Shown one piece after another: positions 12,769-24,235 of a stretch of DNA of 64,000 bases; positions within the stretch are counted from its first letter, which is position 1, and the number at the start of each line of letters is the position of its first letter. The stretch covers positions 310,001 to 374,000 of the forward strand of contig NIVC01000052.1 in assembly GCA_002269645.1 (NCBI GenBank). The letters are read 5' to 3'. Below the pieces are notes generated by a model. The model was not told where the DNA came from. It ran no database searches and saw only the letters and a program-made list of their open reading frames with translations. Source of the stretch: Macrostomum lignano (taxonomy: Eukaryota). Position numbers and translations under genes: made by a program.

Positions 12769-15700
12769 TCAGCCAGACAGACCATCATCCCAGTCGGCTA
12801 AAAACTCGTCATCTTGAGCAGCCAGTCCAGCCTCCTGCTGCCGGCCTCCCCGCCGTTCTTGAGCTTTCCTAGCCCGGACCCGACGTCGCAGAGCATCGAC
12901 GTCGGCATGAGTGACGCAGCGGAAGCGAATCGCCGTGGCCGTCTCCTGCCGGATGTCGAAAGCCAGCAGGAACAGGCCGGCCATGTTGGCCAGCTGCTGC
13001 TGCATCTCCAGCAGAGCCGCTTGGCAGCGGGCCAGAGTGCCCGAGTCTCCGGAACGGCGGGCGGCATCGGCCTCGGCCGCTGTGAAGCCCAGCAGATCTG
13101 CGGGGATGGAGCCAGCTAGGAGTTTTGAGAGGCTGAGCGCGACTCGAATCCCGGTCACAATTCATCAATATTGAGCACATTCTGAAAGCCACAAATTGAT
13201 AATCAGGGCACCACACCTAGGATTTATGATCCCACACCTATGAATCATGATCCCACACCTATGAATCATGATCCCACACCTATGAATCATGATCCCACAC
13301 CTAGGAATCATGATCCCAAACCTAGGAATCATGATCCCACATCTATGAATAATGATCCCACACCTAGGAATCATGATCCCACATCTATGAATCATGATCC
13401 CACACCTATGAATCATGATCCCACACCTATGAATCATGATCCCACACCTATGAATCATGATCCCACACCTATGAATCACGATCCCACACCTGAATCATGA
13501 GCCCACACCCATGAATCATGATCCCACACCTAGGAATCTTGATCTAGGAAGCAGCTACTTATATCGCATTAAAAAGTAATTTCAAATCTCTTTACTACCT
13601 GTAAGCACTCGGTCCCCCAGATTGCAGCTGATAGTGCAGGTGGCATCAGCCAGCAGACAGGGCAGGCTGTAGCCGCCGTCTCGAATCTCCAGGCGACCGC
13701 GCAGACCCATCAAGTAGCCGCGCACAGTGAACTCTCTCACCTGGGGACCGGACTCCTCCAGCCAGGTGTAAACGTCTTTCAGGTAAACGAATGGCTCTTT
13801 GCTAGTGGGGATGCCTGCGATGTCCCGGCCTTCTGGTTGGGCTGGTGAAGGAGACAGATTGACGCGAATTAATATAGAATGAAAGCTTTTAAAATACTCT
13901 GTCCCAAACAGACGATAGCCCATTAGATACCTCCCTCAGTCACTCACTCATTCATTTAACAGAATGAATAATTCATTCTATCACTCACTAATTCTTTCTA
14001 TCACCCGCTCATTCATTCTATCCACACCTATGAATATTAATTCTATCATTCAATCATTAATTCTATCATTCACTCATTCATTCTATTACTCACTCATTCA
14101 TTCTATCATTCACTCATTCATTCTATTACTCACTCATTCATTCTATCATTCACTCATTCATTCTATTACTCACTCATTCATTCTATTACTCACTCATTCA
14201 TTCTATTACTCACTCATTCATTCTATCATTCACTCATTCATTCTATCATTCACTCATTCATTCTATCACTCACTCATTCATTCTATCATTCACTCATTCA
14301 TTCTATCATTCACTCATTCATTCTATCATTCACTCATTCATTCTATTACTCACTCATTCATTCTATCATTCACTCATTCATTCTATCATTCACTCATTCA
14401 TTCTATTACTCACTCATTCATTCTATCATTCACTCATTCATTCTATTACTCACTCATTCATTCTATCATTCACTCATTCATTCTATCATTCACTCATTCA
14501 TTTTATTACTCACTCATTCATTCTATCACCCATTTGTTCTATCACTCACTCATTCATTTCATCACTCACTCTAACTCTATCGCTCACTCATTCCATCAGT
14601 CACTCTTATCACTCACTCACTCATTCAGTCAGGTATTCACTCACTTACTATCTCATTCATTCACACATTTCTTCATACACCGGCCCCTCATTCATTCATT
14701 CATTCATTCTCTCACTACCTTATTCACGCACTCACTCACTCACTCATTCACTCAGTGACAATGAATCACGAACACAGTCTCACCCGCACGCCGCTCCAGC
14801 TCCATCCTAGGCCGCTTAGTACTTGTAGAGGGGAACAGCGGCTGCCGGTCAGCGGAGGCAGACGTTGCAGCCCGGTTGGCTGACGAGGCGGCCGCCGAAG
14901 GAGCAACAGCGGCGGCTTCCAGCTCATCGCAGTCGATGCCTTCGATAGCCTCGGCGAAGAGCAGATCGTCGGCATCGAGGACTTCTTGGACTGACATCTG
15001 GCGAGGTGGCTGAGGCTGCTGCTGTTGATAGCTTTGCTGCCGTTGGAGACTCGTTCCGCTTGATGACGGATTCATGCCTGATGCAGTTTGCCTGCGTTTT
15101 TTAGGATAGAGGCTGCGCAATCAGATACATGCTATTTGGGATTTGGGACTAATTGATGGATGGGGATCTTTTTAGTGTTGATGGATTGGGGATTTTTCTA
15201 GTGTTGATGGATTGGGGATTTTTCTAGTGTTGATGGATTGGGGATTTTTCTAGTGTTGATGGATTGGGGATTTTTCTAGTGTTGATGGATTGGGGATTTT
15301 TCTAGTGTTGATGGATTGGGGATTTTTCTAGTGTTGATGGATTGGGGATTTTTCTAGTGTTGATGGATTGGGGATTTTTCTAGAGTTGATAGATTGCGGA
15401 TTTTTCTAGTGTTGATGGATTGGGGATTTTTTTAGAGTTGATAGATTGGGGATTTTTCTAGTGTTGATGGATTAGATGGATTAGAGATTTATTTAGTGAT
15501 TATAGACGTGGATTTTTGTAGTGTTGATGGATTGGGGATTTTTCTAGTGTCAATGGACAAGACAGTTAGTTACCTGGAAGACTGCTGCTGAAGCCGCTGC
15601 CGAGGCTGAGCACGCTGCACCTGAGCACTATTCTCAGCAGCATCTTCATCGTCCTCAAAGGGATCGAATCCGCCCAGCAGGTCGCGCACATTGTTTCCAC

Positions 15701-18160
15701 CAGCCAGTAGGGAATTTCCTCGGTTAGTTGCTAAGGTGTCCGGATAAGGGCGCGACCGGATGTTGCTGGCGCCGCGGTTATTCGCTGCCGAACTGGAAGC
15801 AGGTGGGATATATTGGTTCCGGTTGGTTGCCATGGAATCCGGCTGGTTCCGGTTGGTTGACATGGAATTCGGCTGGTTCCGGTAGGTTGCCATGCTATCC
15901 GGCTGGTTCCGGTTGGTTGCCATGGCATCCGGCTGGTTCCGGTAGGTTGCCATGGAATTCGGCTGGTTCCGGTAGGTTGCCATGCCATCCGGCTGGTTCC
16001 GGTTGGTTGCCATGGCATCCGGCTGGTTCCGGTAGGTTGCCATGGCATCTGGCTGGTTCTGTTGCTGATGCTGCTGATTCCCAACGGTCGCTGGGCGGTT
16101 ATTTCCGGTGTCCAAGTCGGCAAACAGGCGGTTTGCTGCATCGGCTGCTGCTGCTGCTGGCTGGCGCGGGCCTGCCTGAGAATTTGGAATATGCGGCTTG
16201 GTGCAGGAGTTCGCGGTACACTACTAACTATAGTAGGCTAGTTTGAAAATAAAAGTAAGATATTAAGTAAAATTAGTAAACTATCAGCCACTCAGAAAAT
16301 CAAAACTCTATTCCAACCCCTACCTGCTCCAAATCCGTGGGTTCGAATCCCAGCCGACGCAATGCCGCTAATAGCAGACTCTCCTGGCTTCGCTCGACAA
16401 CCAACTCGTCAACTTGGCCGCCCAGCACTTCAACAGACTGCGGCGAGGTCAGCATCGCGATGCCCCGCCTGACCAGCAGCGGCGGCAGCAGTCGCAGCTT
16501 ACAGCCGGCCGGCAAACCAACGCTGAGCTGCGGCATCGGGCGGCACTCAACAGCCCGCAGCTGGGAGCAGCCGTCTGTCAGGGTCAGCAGCAGCATGCGG
16601 CCGCCTTTCGGCTCGTCCCAGTTGCCGCCTGCGCCGCGGTCGCCGCCGCCGCCGCCACCTCCGAAGTTTCCTCCGTTTGTCTCGTTTGATGTAACCTGAG
16701 GGAGATTAGGTTAGCGAATTCTAATCTCTTTGGATTCTTGGAATTTTGTTTAGTGAACTCTAAGAGTAACAATTGGTCATAGACTACCGAAGCTAATTGT
16801 GTAGAATTCGGTCATAGACTATTGTATCTGGCTGTGTAAAATTGCGGTCATAGACTACTGAAGCTAATTGTGTAGAATTCGGTCATAGACTACTGTATCT
16901 GGCTGTGTAAAATTGCGGTCATAGACTACTGTATCTGGCTGTGTAAAATTGCGGTCATAGACTACTGTATCTGGCTGTGTAAAATTGCGGTCATAGACTA
17001 CTGAAGCTGGTTGTGTAGAATTGCGGTCATAGACTACTGTATCTGGCTGTGTAAAATTGCGGTCATAGACTACTGAAGCTGGTTGTGTAGAATTGCGGTC
17101 ATAGACTACTGTATCTGGCTGTGTAAAATTGCGGTCATAGACTACTGTATCTGGCTGTGTAAAATTGCGGTCATAGACTACTGTATCTGGCTGTGTAAAA
17201 TTGCGGTCATAGACTACTGTATCTGGCTGTGTAAAATTGCGGTCATAGACTACTGAAGCTGGTTGTGTAGAATTGCGGTCATAGACTACTGTATCTGGCT
17301 GTGTAAAATTGCGGTCATAGACTACTGAAGCTGGTTGTGTAGAATTGCGGTCATAGACTACTGTATCTGGCTGTGTAAAATTGCGGTCATAGACTACTGT
17401 ATCTGGCTGTGTAAAATTGCGGTCATAGACTACTGTATCTGGCTGAGTAAAATTGCGGTCATAAGACTACTGTAGCTGGTTTGTGTAGAATTCCGGTCAT
17501 AGACTACTGTATCTGGCTGTGTAAAATTGCGGTCATAGACTACTGAAGCTGGTTGTGTAGAATTGCGGTCATAGACTACTGTAGCTGCTTGTGTAGAATT
17601 GCGGTCATAGACTACTGTAGCTGGTTGTGTAGAATTGCGGTCATAGACTACTGTAGCTGCTTGTGTAGAATTGCGGTCATAGACTACTGTAGCTGGTTGT
17701 GTAGGATTCGGTCATAAACTACTGTAGCTGGTTGTGTAGAATTGCGGTCATAGGCTAAATTGGGTTTGTAGACCTTTACCATATATATTGACTAATTGGT
17801 GTAGAACTCGGCCACAACAACTCAAGTAACAGCTCACCTCCAAATTAGCATTCTCATCGCCCCTGCATTTCCGGTACTGACTGTACAGAGACTGGCTGAC
17901 ATCAATCACTGACTCCAGCTGCAGCACCAGCTTCCCAGTCAGTTGCAGTTTCTCTTCACTAGCAACTTGAGCTGGCAGGGAGGGGTTCTCAAACTCGCGC
18001 AAATCCGAGTGCAGGTATTGCTCATAGAGCAGGCTGCGCAGCTCATTGGGTGCAAATTCCTCAGGCTGGCGGCCGTGCTCCTGACAGAGCCAGTCCTGAC
18101 CAGCCTCCAGCCAGCCCTGTGGCACCGCCAGGGCCTGAGCTCTGAACCAATCTGACAGAG
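12769..18160 (-). CDS. RMI1: RMI1 (RecQ-mediated genome instability 1), 5'-incomplete. Exons 18160-17838, 16695-16324, 16175-15574, 15112-14784, 13841(or 13832)-13599, 13097-12769
   Basis: VPQGWLEA..LYEQYLHSDLRE..LQLESVIDVSQSLYSQ and RMLLLTLTDG..LPAGCKL..VEVLGGQVDEL match the RMI1 N-terminal/OB1 region. EPFVYL..LADAT..VLTDLLGFT match RMI1_C. All junctions are GT-AG and in phase. Confidence 0.93.
13222..13533. repeat. 21-bp intronic minisatellite (RMI1 last intron)
   Basis: Unit atgaatcatgatcccacacct. Confidence 0.95.
13938..14755. repeat. 20-bp / ATTC-type intronic minisatellite
   Basis: Unit ttctatcattcactcattca. Confidence 0.95.
15140..15550. repeat. 26-bp intronic minisatellite
   Basis: Unit gtgttgatggattggggatttttcta. 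Confidence 0.95.
15812..16060 (-). repeat. Coding 30-bp minisatellite within an RMI1 exon, about 8 copies of NQPD(A/S/G)MAT(Y/N)R
   Basis: The RMI1 frame stays open through the array and there is no phase-compatible intron around it. Confidence 0.8.
16775..17752. repeat. 36-bp intronic minisatellite with two interspersed unit variants
   Basis: cggtcatagactactgtatctggctgtgtaaaattg and cggtcatagactactgaagctggttgtgtagaattg. Confidence 0.95.
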
Positions 18161-19967
18161 CTGAGTGGCTTGACAGGAAAAATAATACATTAATAGAGAT
18201 AGGCAGGGCTAGTCTTTGAGCCAGGGATTTTCAACTTTATAGCAATCTCCAGCCAGATAGTTATTGTAGTCATATTTATGATTTTTAGATGAAAGATTTG
18301 TCTAATAGCTTATCTATAATTCCTTTATTTTATAATGTATTTTTCTTATCTAAAATTTGATAGATGATGATTTAGGGAAATATACATTCCTTTGTCTATT
18401 TTAAATAGTCTATAGAAAATGTATAAAGAGAGATAGAAAAAATAGAGAAAAAATAATCTATAATAAATACATTTTATTTTTATATAGACAGTTTGAATTT
18501 AGCCTAGAACTAGTGCCCCTATTGGGGAGCCAATAGAGAGTTGAATTATAAATTTTTTTCAAATAAACTACAAGTGTATATGTAGGTTCTGACCTTTGCC
18601 TTGATCTTATTGCAGCCAATGGCCATTATTGTAGATAGCATTTGGTGCAGATTGGCTCTCAGTACTGCAAGTATAATCTGGCATCATACATGCGCAACCT
18701 TCAAAATTCGGTCAGCCATGCGACTTAGTTTTAACAAAAATGTGACATAGTTTTTGGCCAAAAATGCGACTTACATGTAAAAAAACCCCTAAAGCAAAAT
18801 TAACGCAACTTTGGGTAAACGGCAAGAGTAACTATGACTATCTTATTAAGTCAAAATGCCTCGTCAGCTACTTAATACTACCTACTACTTTGGTATTTTT
18901 TAGGGTGGGTATTTTTGCAACTTCTTTGCTTGGCTGCCAAATTGGTCGGCCAAATCGGCTGACTTGGCTGACTGTTGCGCATGTATGTCTGGCATATTGG
19001 TGTGGTTTGGTGCAGGAAAAGGGGGTGTCAATGCAATTTAGACATTGGCTACAATAGGAAGCCTTGGTTGATATCTAAGCAATTTCTCAAATAAGCCTTG
19101 TTATCTTAGTAATTCTCTAATTATTCTTATATATAGGTTCAACATGAAATTTCTTTTACTTTTACCATGATGCTTTTTCATGATATCCCTATTAAAAAAG
19201 TTTCAAAAACCCATAGACATATGACAGCAATACAAAAAACTAGCTAAAATGCATGACACACAAGACAAAAGTATAAAAAATGGTATGCAATGCAATATTG
19301 ACAAGTTGCAAATGAACTAAAATACAAAAAGAATGATTTGAAAAGTTACAAAACATGGTGGGTAATGACAAAACAACCAATATAAAAAATTCTGAAACTC
19401 TATACTTAAGTATCAAATAAGAACTGTTATTCCTGCAATGTTGCATGTGCTATGCTTCTGGAACTGTAACCTATCAATCGCAAAATGACATTGCCTGAAT
19501 TTTTTGAACCCATAATGTGACATAAAAAAATATTAAAAATACAATAGACAACCATCTATAATTTGTTTACTTATTCTATTAGGGCATGATATTATGTTTA
19601 AAATAGGGTTCAACAGTTATTTTATATTTGACTTGATGATTCTTAAAGTTTTGATATGATAATTCTTCTATATTAAATTATATGATCTACTTCTTTTGTG
19701 GTTAATATAATGCTTCTTTTACATTTAACATAACAAGGTCTAATGATACATACATAGCAATAATAATAACAATATATGAACATTAATAGAAAAACTATAT
19801 AGTAAAATATATAATATATATAAATGATTTAAATATTGTTTGACAGTTAGGAATTAAGATAAAAAAGAGAATAAATAAGTAGGCCTACCAAATCAGAAAT
19901 ATTTATGAATTTATAAGGCTTTATAAAGATATTTAGCTTATTTAAAACTAGGCAAAATTATGCTTGG

Positions 19968-20125
19968 GCGCAACTTAGGGATTTACCTAGCCGTTTTTAT
20001 TGGCAACACATATGTATATAAGTCGCTATTGGACAGAATAGCAGCCATGTGACTACTTTCAGCCAATAGTGACTTATATGTGTATGTTGCCAATAGAAAC
20101 AGCTGAGTGATTTCCAAGGTTGCGC
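19968..20125. mobile_element. ~160-bp imperfect palindrome (foldback MITE remnant)
   Basis: Left arm gcgcaacttagggatttacctagccgtttttattggcaaca... versus reverse complement of the right arm gcgcaaccttggaaatcactcagctgtttctattggcaaca... Confidence 0.75.
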
Positions 20126-20919
20126 ATGTATAGGTAAAATTATTAGACTTTATAAGCAAGACTCATAAGAGAATAGCGCATGACTAAAACTACCATACAC
20201 TAAGACTGCCACAACTATTACTAGCTATTGGTACTCATATTGAGGGGAGCTACTAAAGCATTGCTAATTCTTTTTGTAGGTTAGGCTACTTTCTTGCAGC
20301 CTTGTCCTACTAGCTTTTCTACCTACTTATCTCCTTTCTAACATTATCTAATATTGGGGACAATAACACATTGAGCCAAATTCTTCCCCTAGCTCCCCAA
20401 AGAGTGGCAGACTTGGTGTGTAGCCTAGGCCCTACTTCACAAAATGGCCTATGGCTTTAGTTTTACAAAATGACTTAGGCCTATATCTATATTCTAAATA
20501 TAACTAACAAGTGTGCAAGCGCTTAATGCTACTAATAGTAATAATAATAGTTTTTGTAAATAAATTTGTCAATAATAATTTCGAGTTTTATCACTCAAGA
20601 ATAGTATTCACATATTATTTGTTTTAATCTTCTAACGTTTAATAATAATATTCATGTAAAAATTGTATGTATTTTTAAACCGAAAACTAATTTTAGCCCT
20701 ATTTGTTTTAATACTGCATATATCAAAATTAATATTGATCAAGTCTCAAAATAGTATAAATAGACGGGATCTGGCCAGAGAGCCACCAACTGGCTGATTG
20801 CTTGTTCCTAAATTAGTCTCAAGTCTCGCTACTTGTTGAGCCTTAAACTGTTACTTAGAAATCTTTTCAAGACTTAGTAAATTTTTCGATTCAAAGAGTG
20901 AAGTGGAAGTTACTCATAT

Positions 20920-21360
20920 CACAGATACTACTGATACTCAGAATACCAAGGAGATTGAAGTAAAACAAAGTAGATCTCGGGAATACATATACAGTATTGA
21001 GAAGGCCGTGACCCTCTAATCTCGGGAACGCCTAAACGACTGGACTAGACGATCAGACACTTAAATAACTACAAAAGAATTACAAGGAAGATCATTCTGA
21101 GAAATACATTCCAGGCCAATAGTAGACCACTCGGCATATACTAAGAACGCTACTAATACATATACTAAGAACGCTACCAATAGAAGTAGATACTTAGACT
21201 AATCCTTAGACATATACCTAGACTTATTCTTAGACTTATACTTAGACTGATACTTAAAGACTTATACTCAGACCTATTCTAAGAAACATTTCTCAGATTA
21301 TTCTAATATTGATAAACTCATAATTTATTAATCGAATAATCTTGGTGGCAGCTACCAACC
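20920..21360 (+). repeat. Diverged copy of the dispersed repeat found at 56851-57300 and from 63067
   Basis: Shared blocks accaaggagat, aaacaaagtagat, gaatacatat, tgaccctctaatct, ggccaatagtaga, cttggtggcagc. Confidence 0.85.
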
Positions 21361-22175
21361 TAAGAAGAACACTTAAGAGATTAGTAAATTAGCCCTGTGA
21401 CAGCTTTTGGTGACAGTGTGAAATTATCAGTGCTGGGCAAGTTAATCAATTTTTTTAACTCGTTAAAAGTTAAAAAGTTAATTTAATTGCTCCAAAAAAA
21501 TTAACTGTAACTAGTTAATTATTTAACTTTTGCCCAAAATTTAACTTCTGAAAAGTTAAAAGTTAAAGTTAATAATTCTCTAACGGAAAAAGTGACATTT
21601 TCCCGGACATGCGTCCGGCGCGTTTTTTAAATTTCAGGTCGGCGCGGCGCGGCTGTGGCCAGGTCGCGGTGCGGCGCGGCGCGCCGCGGTGGCGCGACGC
21701 AGCGCAGGAGGTCGTTCGGCGGCGCGGGAAGTCGCGCGGCGGCGCGACATGGCGCAGAATGGTGCAACGCGACAAGGAAATATCTATGCAGCGCGACGCG
21801 GAGCAGCGCAGCAGGGAAGGCAGAATTACAACTACATGTATACAACTAGGGATGTCGACCCCGGGAGGGCTCCCGGGGCCCCGGGGAGCTTGTCGGGGAA
21901 TACTCCCCGGGGAATTAGACCGGGGACCCCGGGGAGAAAAAAATCATTTTTAACTAAATTTTTGCCATTTAAATAAGAAAATCATTCACAGAAAGCTGAT
22001 TGAAACTCTGTCTATGCTTTTTTTACCGCAAAACTGCTTATTTCAATGTATTATTTCAAACACAACACACGTTTGAATGGGGGGGGGTTCATAAGACCGA
22101 AATTTCACAACGCCGAAACACCATACTTCACAAGACCGAAACTTCATAAGATCGAAATTTCACATCGTAGAAAAC

Positions 22176-24235
22176 CTTACTTACTACTGACGGGGGGCGC
22201 AGGCGCCGCGAATAGGCCGCGAGGCCCCTATCGCAACCCCAAGGTAAAAGAGCACAAGGATTAGCCTTGGGGGTGCGCCCAGTCCCCGCCAGTAGTCGGC
22301 AGGTCCGCAGTGGAGGCATCGGCGACCCTCATCCGGCCGGAGTCCCGGACGAAGGCGCGGAGGTCTCGGATATTGTCCGCGGTGGTCAGCTCGTCCATCC
22401 GCTGGGGGTGGCCGAGGTATTTGTGCCGCGCCTTGTTGAAGTAAGGGCAGAAGGTGACGTGATGCTCCGCGGTCTCCTCTCCTATGCCACAGAAGGGACA
22501 GGTGGGAGGGCAACCGGTTTGCAACGATATATGTCTCTGGAAGAATCCGTGGCCGGTTAGGACCATGCACATCTCCCTGAGGTCGGTTCTGTTAAGCGAA
22601 ATCAGATAATCAGAGACTTTCCTGTTCAGGTTAGGCATGGCAGAGCGGCTCTGCCTGTACTCGGTGCAGCTGTTCCAGTGGAGCTGGTGCTGCTGATGGA
22701 GCCACCTGTTGATATGGCGGGTGACTTGCGACCTGGGGGTGGGTAGCCTCATCAGACGGTGGTTGCCGTCTGGGTTGCTGCCCTCCTTGGCGAGAGAGTC
22801 CGCGAGCTCGTTGCCCAGGATGTTGCTGTGACCAGGTGTCCAGATAATTCTAATCCTGTTAAGGACTGAGAGAGATTGCACACTGCGGTGGCATTGAGAT
22901 ACTGTAGCAGCGGAGATATTCTCAGTGGTTAAGGCCTTAATAGCAGCTTGGCTATCAGTGTAGAAATTAATGTCAAAATTATTAATGTTCGCCTGAAACA
23001 GTTGCTGGGCACACTGCTCGATGGCGCAAATTTCAGCATGGAAAACTGAGGTGTTCTCACCGAGGTGCAGACTTTCCTGGAGAAGCATCTTACCCTCGTG
23101 GAAAATGGCAATACCCGCTCCAGCGCGGCCGTTGAACAGCGAGCCGTCGGTGAAGCAGTGAATGCCCTGGCTGCGCCGGTTCACACCGACATCCAGCGGA
23201 ATGTTGTCTCGGCCAGGGATGGCGGTCTTGAAGCCCCTCCTGATGTTGAGGGCGGGAGGTCGACTATCCACATTGCCCAGGTCCATGTGGATGTTGTTAA
23301 GGTCGCGGCGGACAAAGTCCATATGCGGGATTAATGTTTTCATTGGCATAAAGCCAGAGGGCGCGTTATTTAACGTTTTATCTCTGATAAGCCGGGAGGC
23401 AGACTTCATAGCCTCCGCCCTAATAAATAGGTGAAGCGGAGGTAGGTTAAGGATAGTGTTCAGCCCCTCGTAAGGGGTGGACGGGTACGCACCTGTGATG
23501 GCACGGCAAATGCTGCCCTGAAGCTGGTACAGCCGCTGACGGGCGGCCTTCTGCTCCAGCACGCTAGTCCAGATGAGACTCGCGTATGTGATACTGGGCC
23601 GGATGATGCCGGTATAAATCCAACGGACCGTTCTAGGCGAGAGGCCCCAAGTCGGCCCGATGGCTCTGCGCAGCTGGGCAAAGCAGCGTTTTGCCCGACC
23701 GATGACGTTATCAAGGTGCTTCGTCCAGCGCAGGTCATGCGTTAGCGTCACACCGAGGTATTTGACCTCCTTCTTGAAGGGGATGTTTCTGCCATAGACA
23801 GTGAGGTTTTTCATCTCCCACTTACGGCGCTTGGTGAAAACGACAGCGACAGTCTTAGTGACGCTGATTTTTAGGCCATGCTGTGTAGCCCAGTCGGCCG
23901 CCTTGTCGGCGAATTGCTGCATCAGGTTGCGCAGAGTGGCGGGGTCGGGTCCGCTGACGACCGCGGCAACGTCATCGGCGTAGCCCGCCCTGGTGATACT
24001 GCTGGGAATGTCAGCGGTTAGAAGTTCGTCCATGACGAGATTCCAGAGAAGTGGAGTTAGCACGCCACCTTGCGGGCCGCCTTTCATCACCGCCCGGGTG
24101 AGGGTAACGCCCATAAGTGTGGATGTCACAAACCTTTTGCGGATCATAAAATAAATCCAGCGAACAATGCTGTGTCTTACATTCCTGCGGGAAAGAGAAT
24201 TTCTGAAGGAGATTCAATAAGGATTGTATTGCATG
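22176..24235 (-). mobile_element. 5'-truncated non-LTR retrotransposon (LOA/I-group-like) with 3' UTR and short TAAG-type tail
   Basis: ORF below, a GC-rich 3' UTR, and a tail GTAGTAAGTAAG on the minus strand abutting the left TIR. Confidence 0.85.
22261..24147 (-). CDS. LINE ORF2 fragment: RT C-terminal half, RNase H and CCHC zinc knuckle (at least 628 aa, no stops)
   Basis: [31 protein letters not shown]; RNase H FTDGS..E(I)CAI..YTDSQA..WTPGH..GNELAD; CPFC..EHHVTFC. Confidence 0.95.
   Translation of the reverse strand: MIRKRFVTSTLMGVTLTRAVMKGGPQGGVLTPLLWNLVMDELLTADIPSSITRAGYADDVAAVVSGPDPATLRNLMQQFADKAADWATQHGLKISVTKTVAVVFTKRRKWEMKNLTVYGRNIPFKKEVKYLGVTLTHDLRWTKHLDNVIGRAKRCFAQLRRAIGPTWGLSPRTVRWIYTGIIRPSITYASLIWTSVLEQKAARQRLYQLQGSICRAITGAYPSTPYEGLNTILNLPPLHLFIRAEAMKSASRLIRDKTLNNAPSGFMPMKTLIPHMDFVRRDLNNIHMDLGNVDSRPPALNIRRGFKTAIPGRDNIPLDVGVNRRSQGIHCFTDGSLFNGRAGAGIAIFHEGKMLLQESLHLGENTSVFHAEICAIEQCAQQLFQANINNFDINFYTDSQAAIKALTTENISAATVSQCHRSVQSLSVLNRIRIIWTPGHSNILGNELADSLAKEGSNPDGNHRLMRLPTPRSQVTRHINRWLHQQHQLHWNSCTEYRQSRSAMPNLNRKVSDYLISLNRTDLREMCMVLTGHGFFQRHISLQTGCPPTCPFCGIGEETAEHHVTFCPYFNKARHKYLGHPQRMDELTTADNIRDLRAFVRDSGRMRVADASTADLPTTGGDWAHPQG

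Noticed and set aside
9835-17752. CRISPR-like appearance of regularly spaced repeats
   Set aside because: The units are contiguous with no unique spacers, there are no cas genes, and the context is eukaryotic introns.
7354-18160. Functional clustering of two DNA-repair genes (Abraxas-like and RMI1)
   Set aside because: They are separated by unrelated TMEM220; two genes are not evidence of a cluster.
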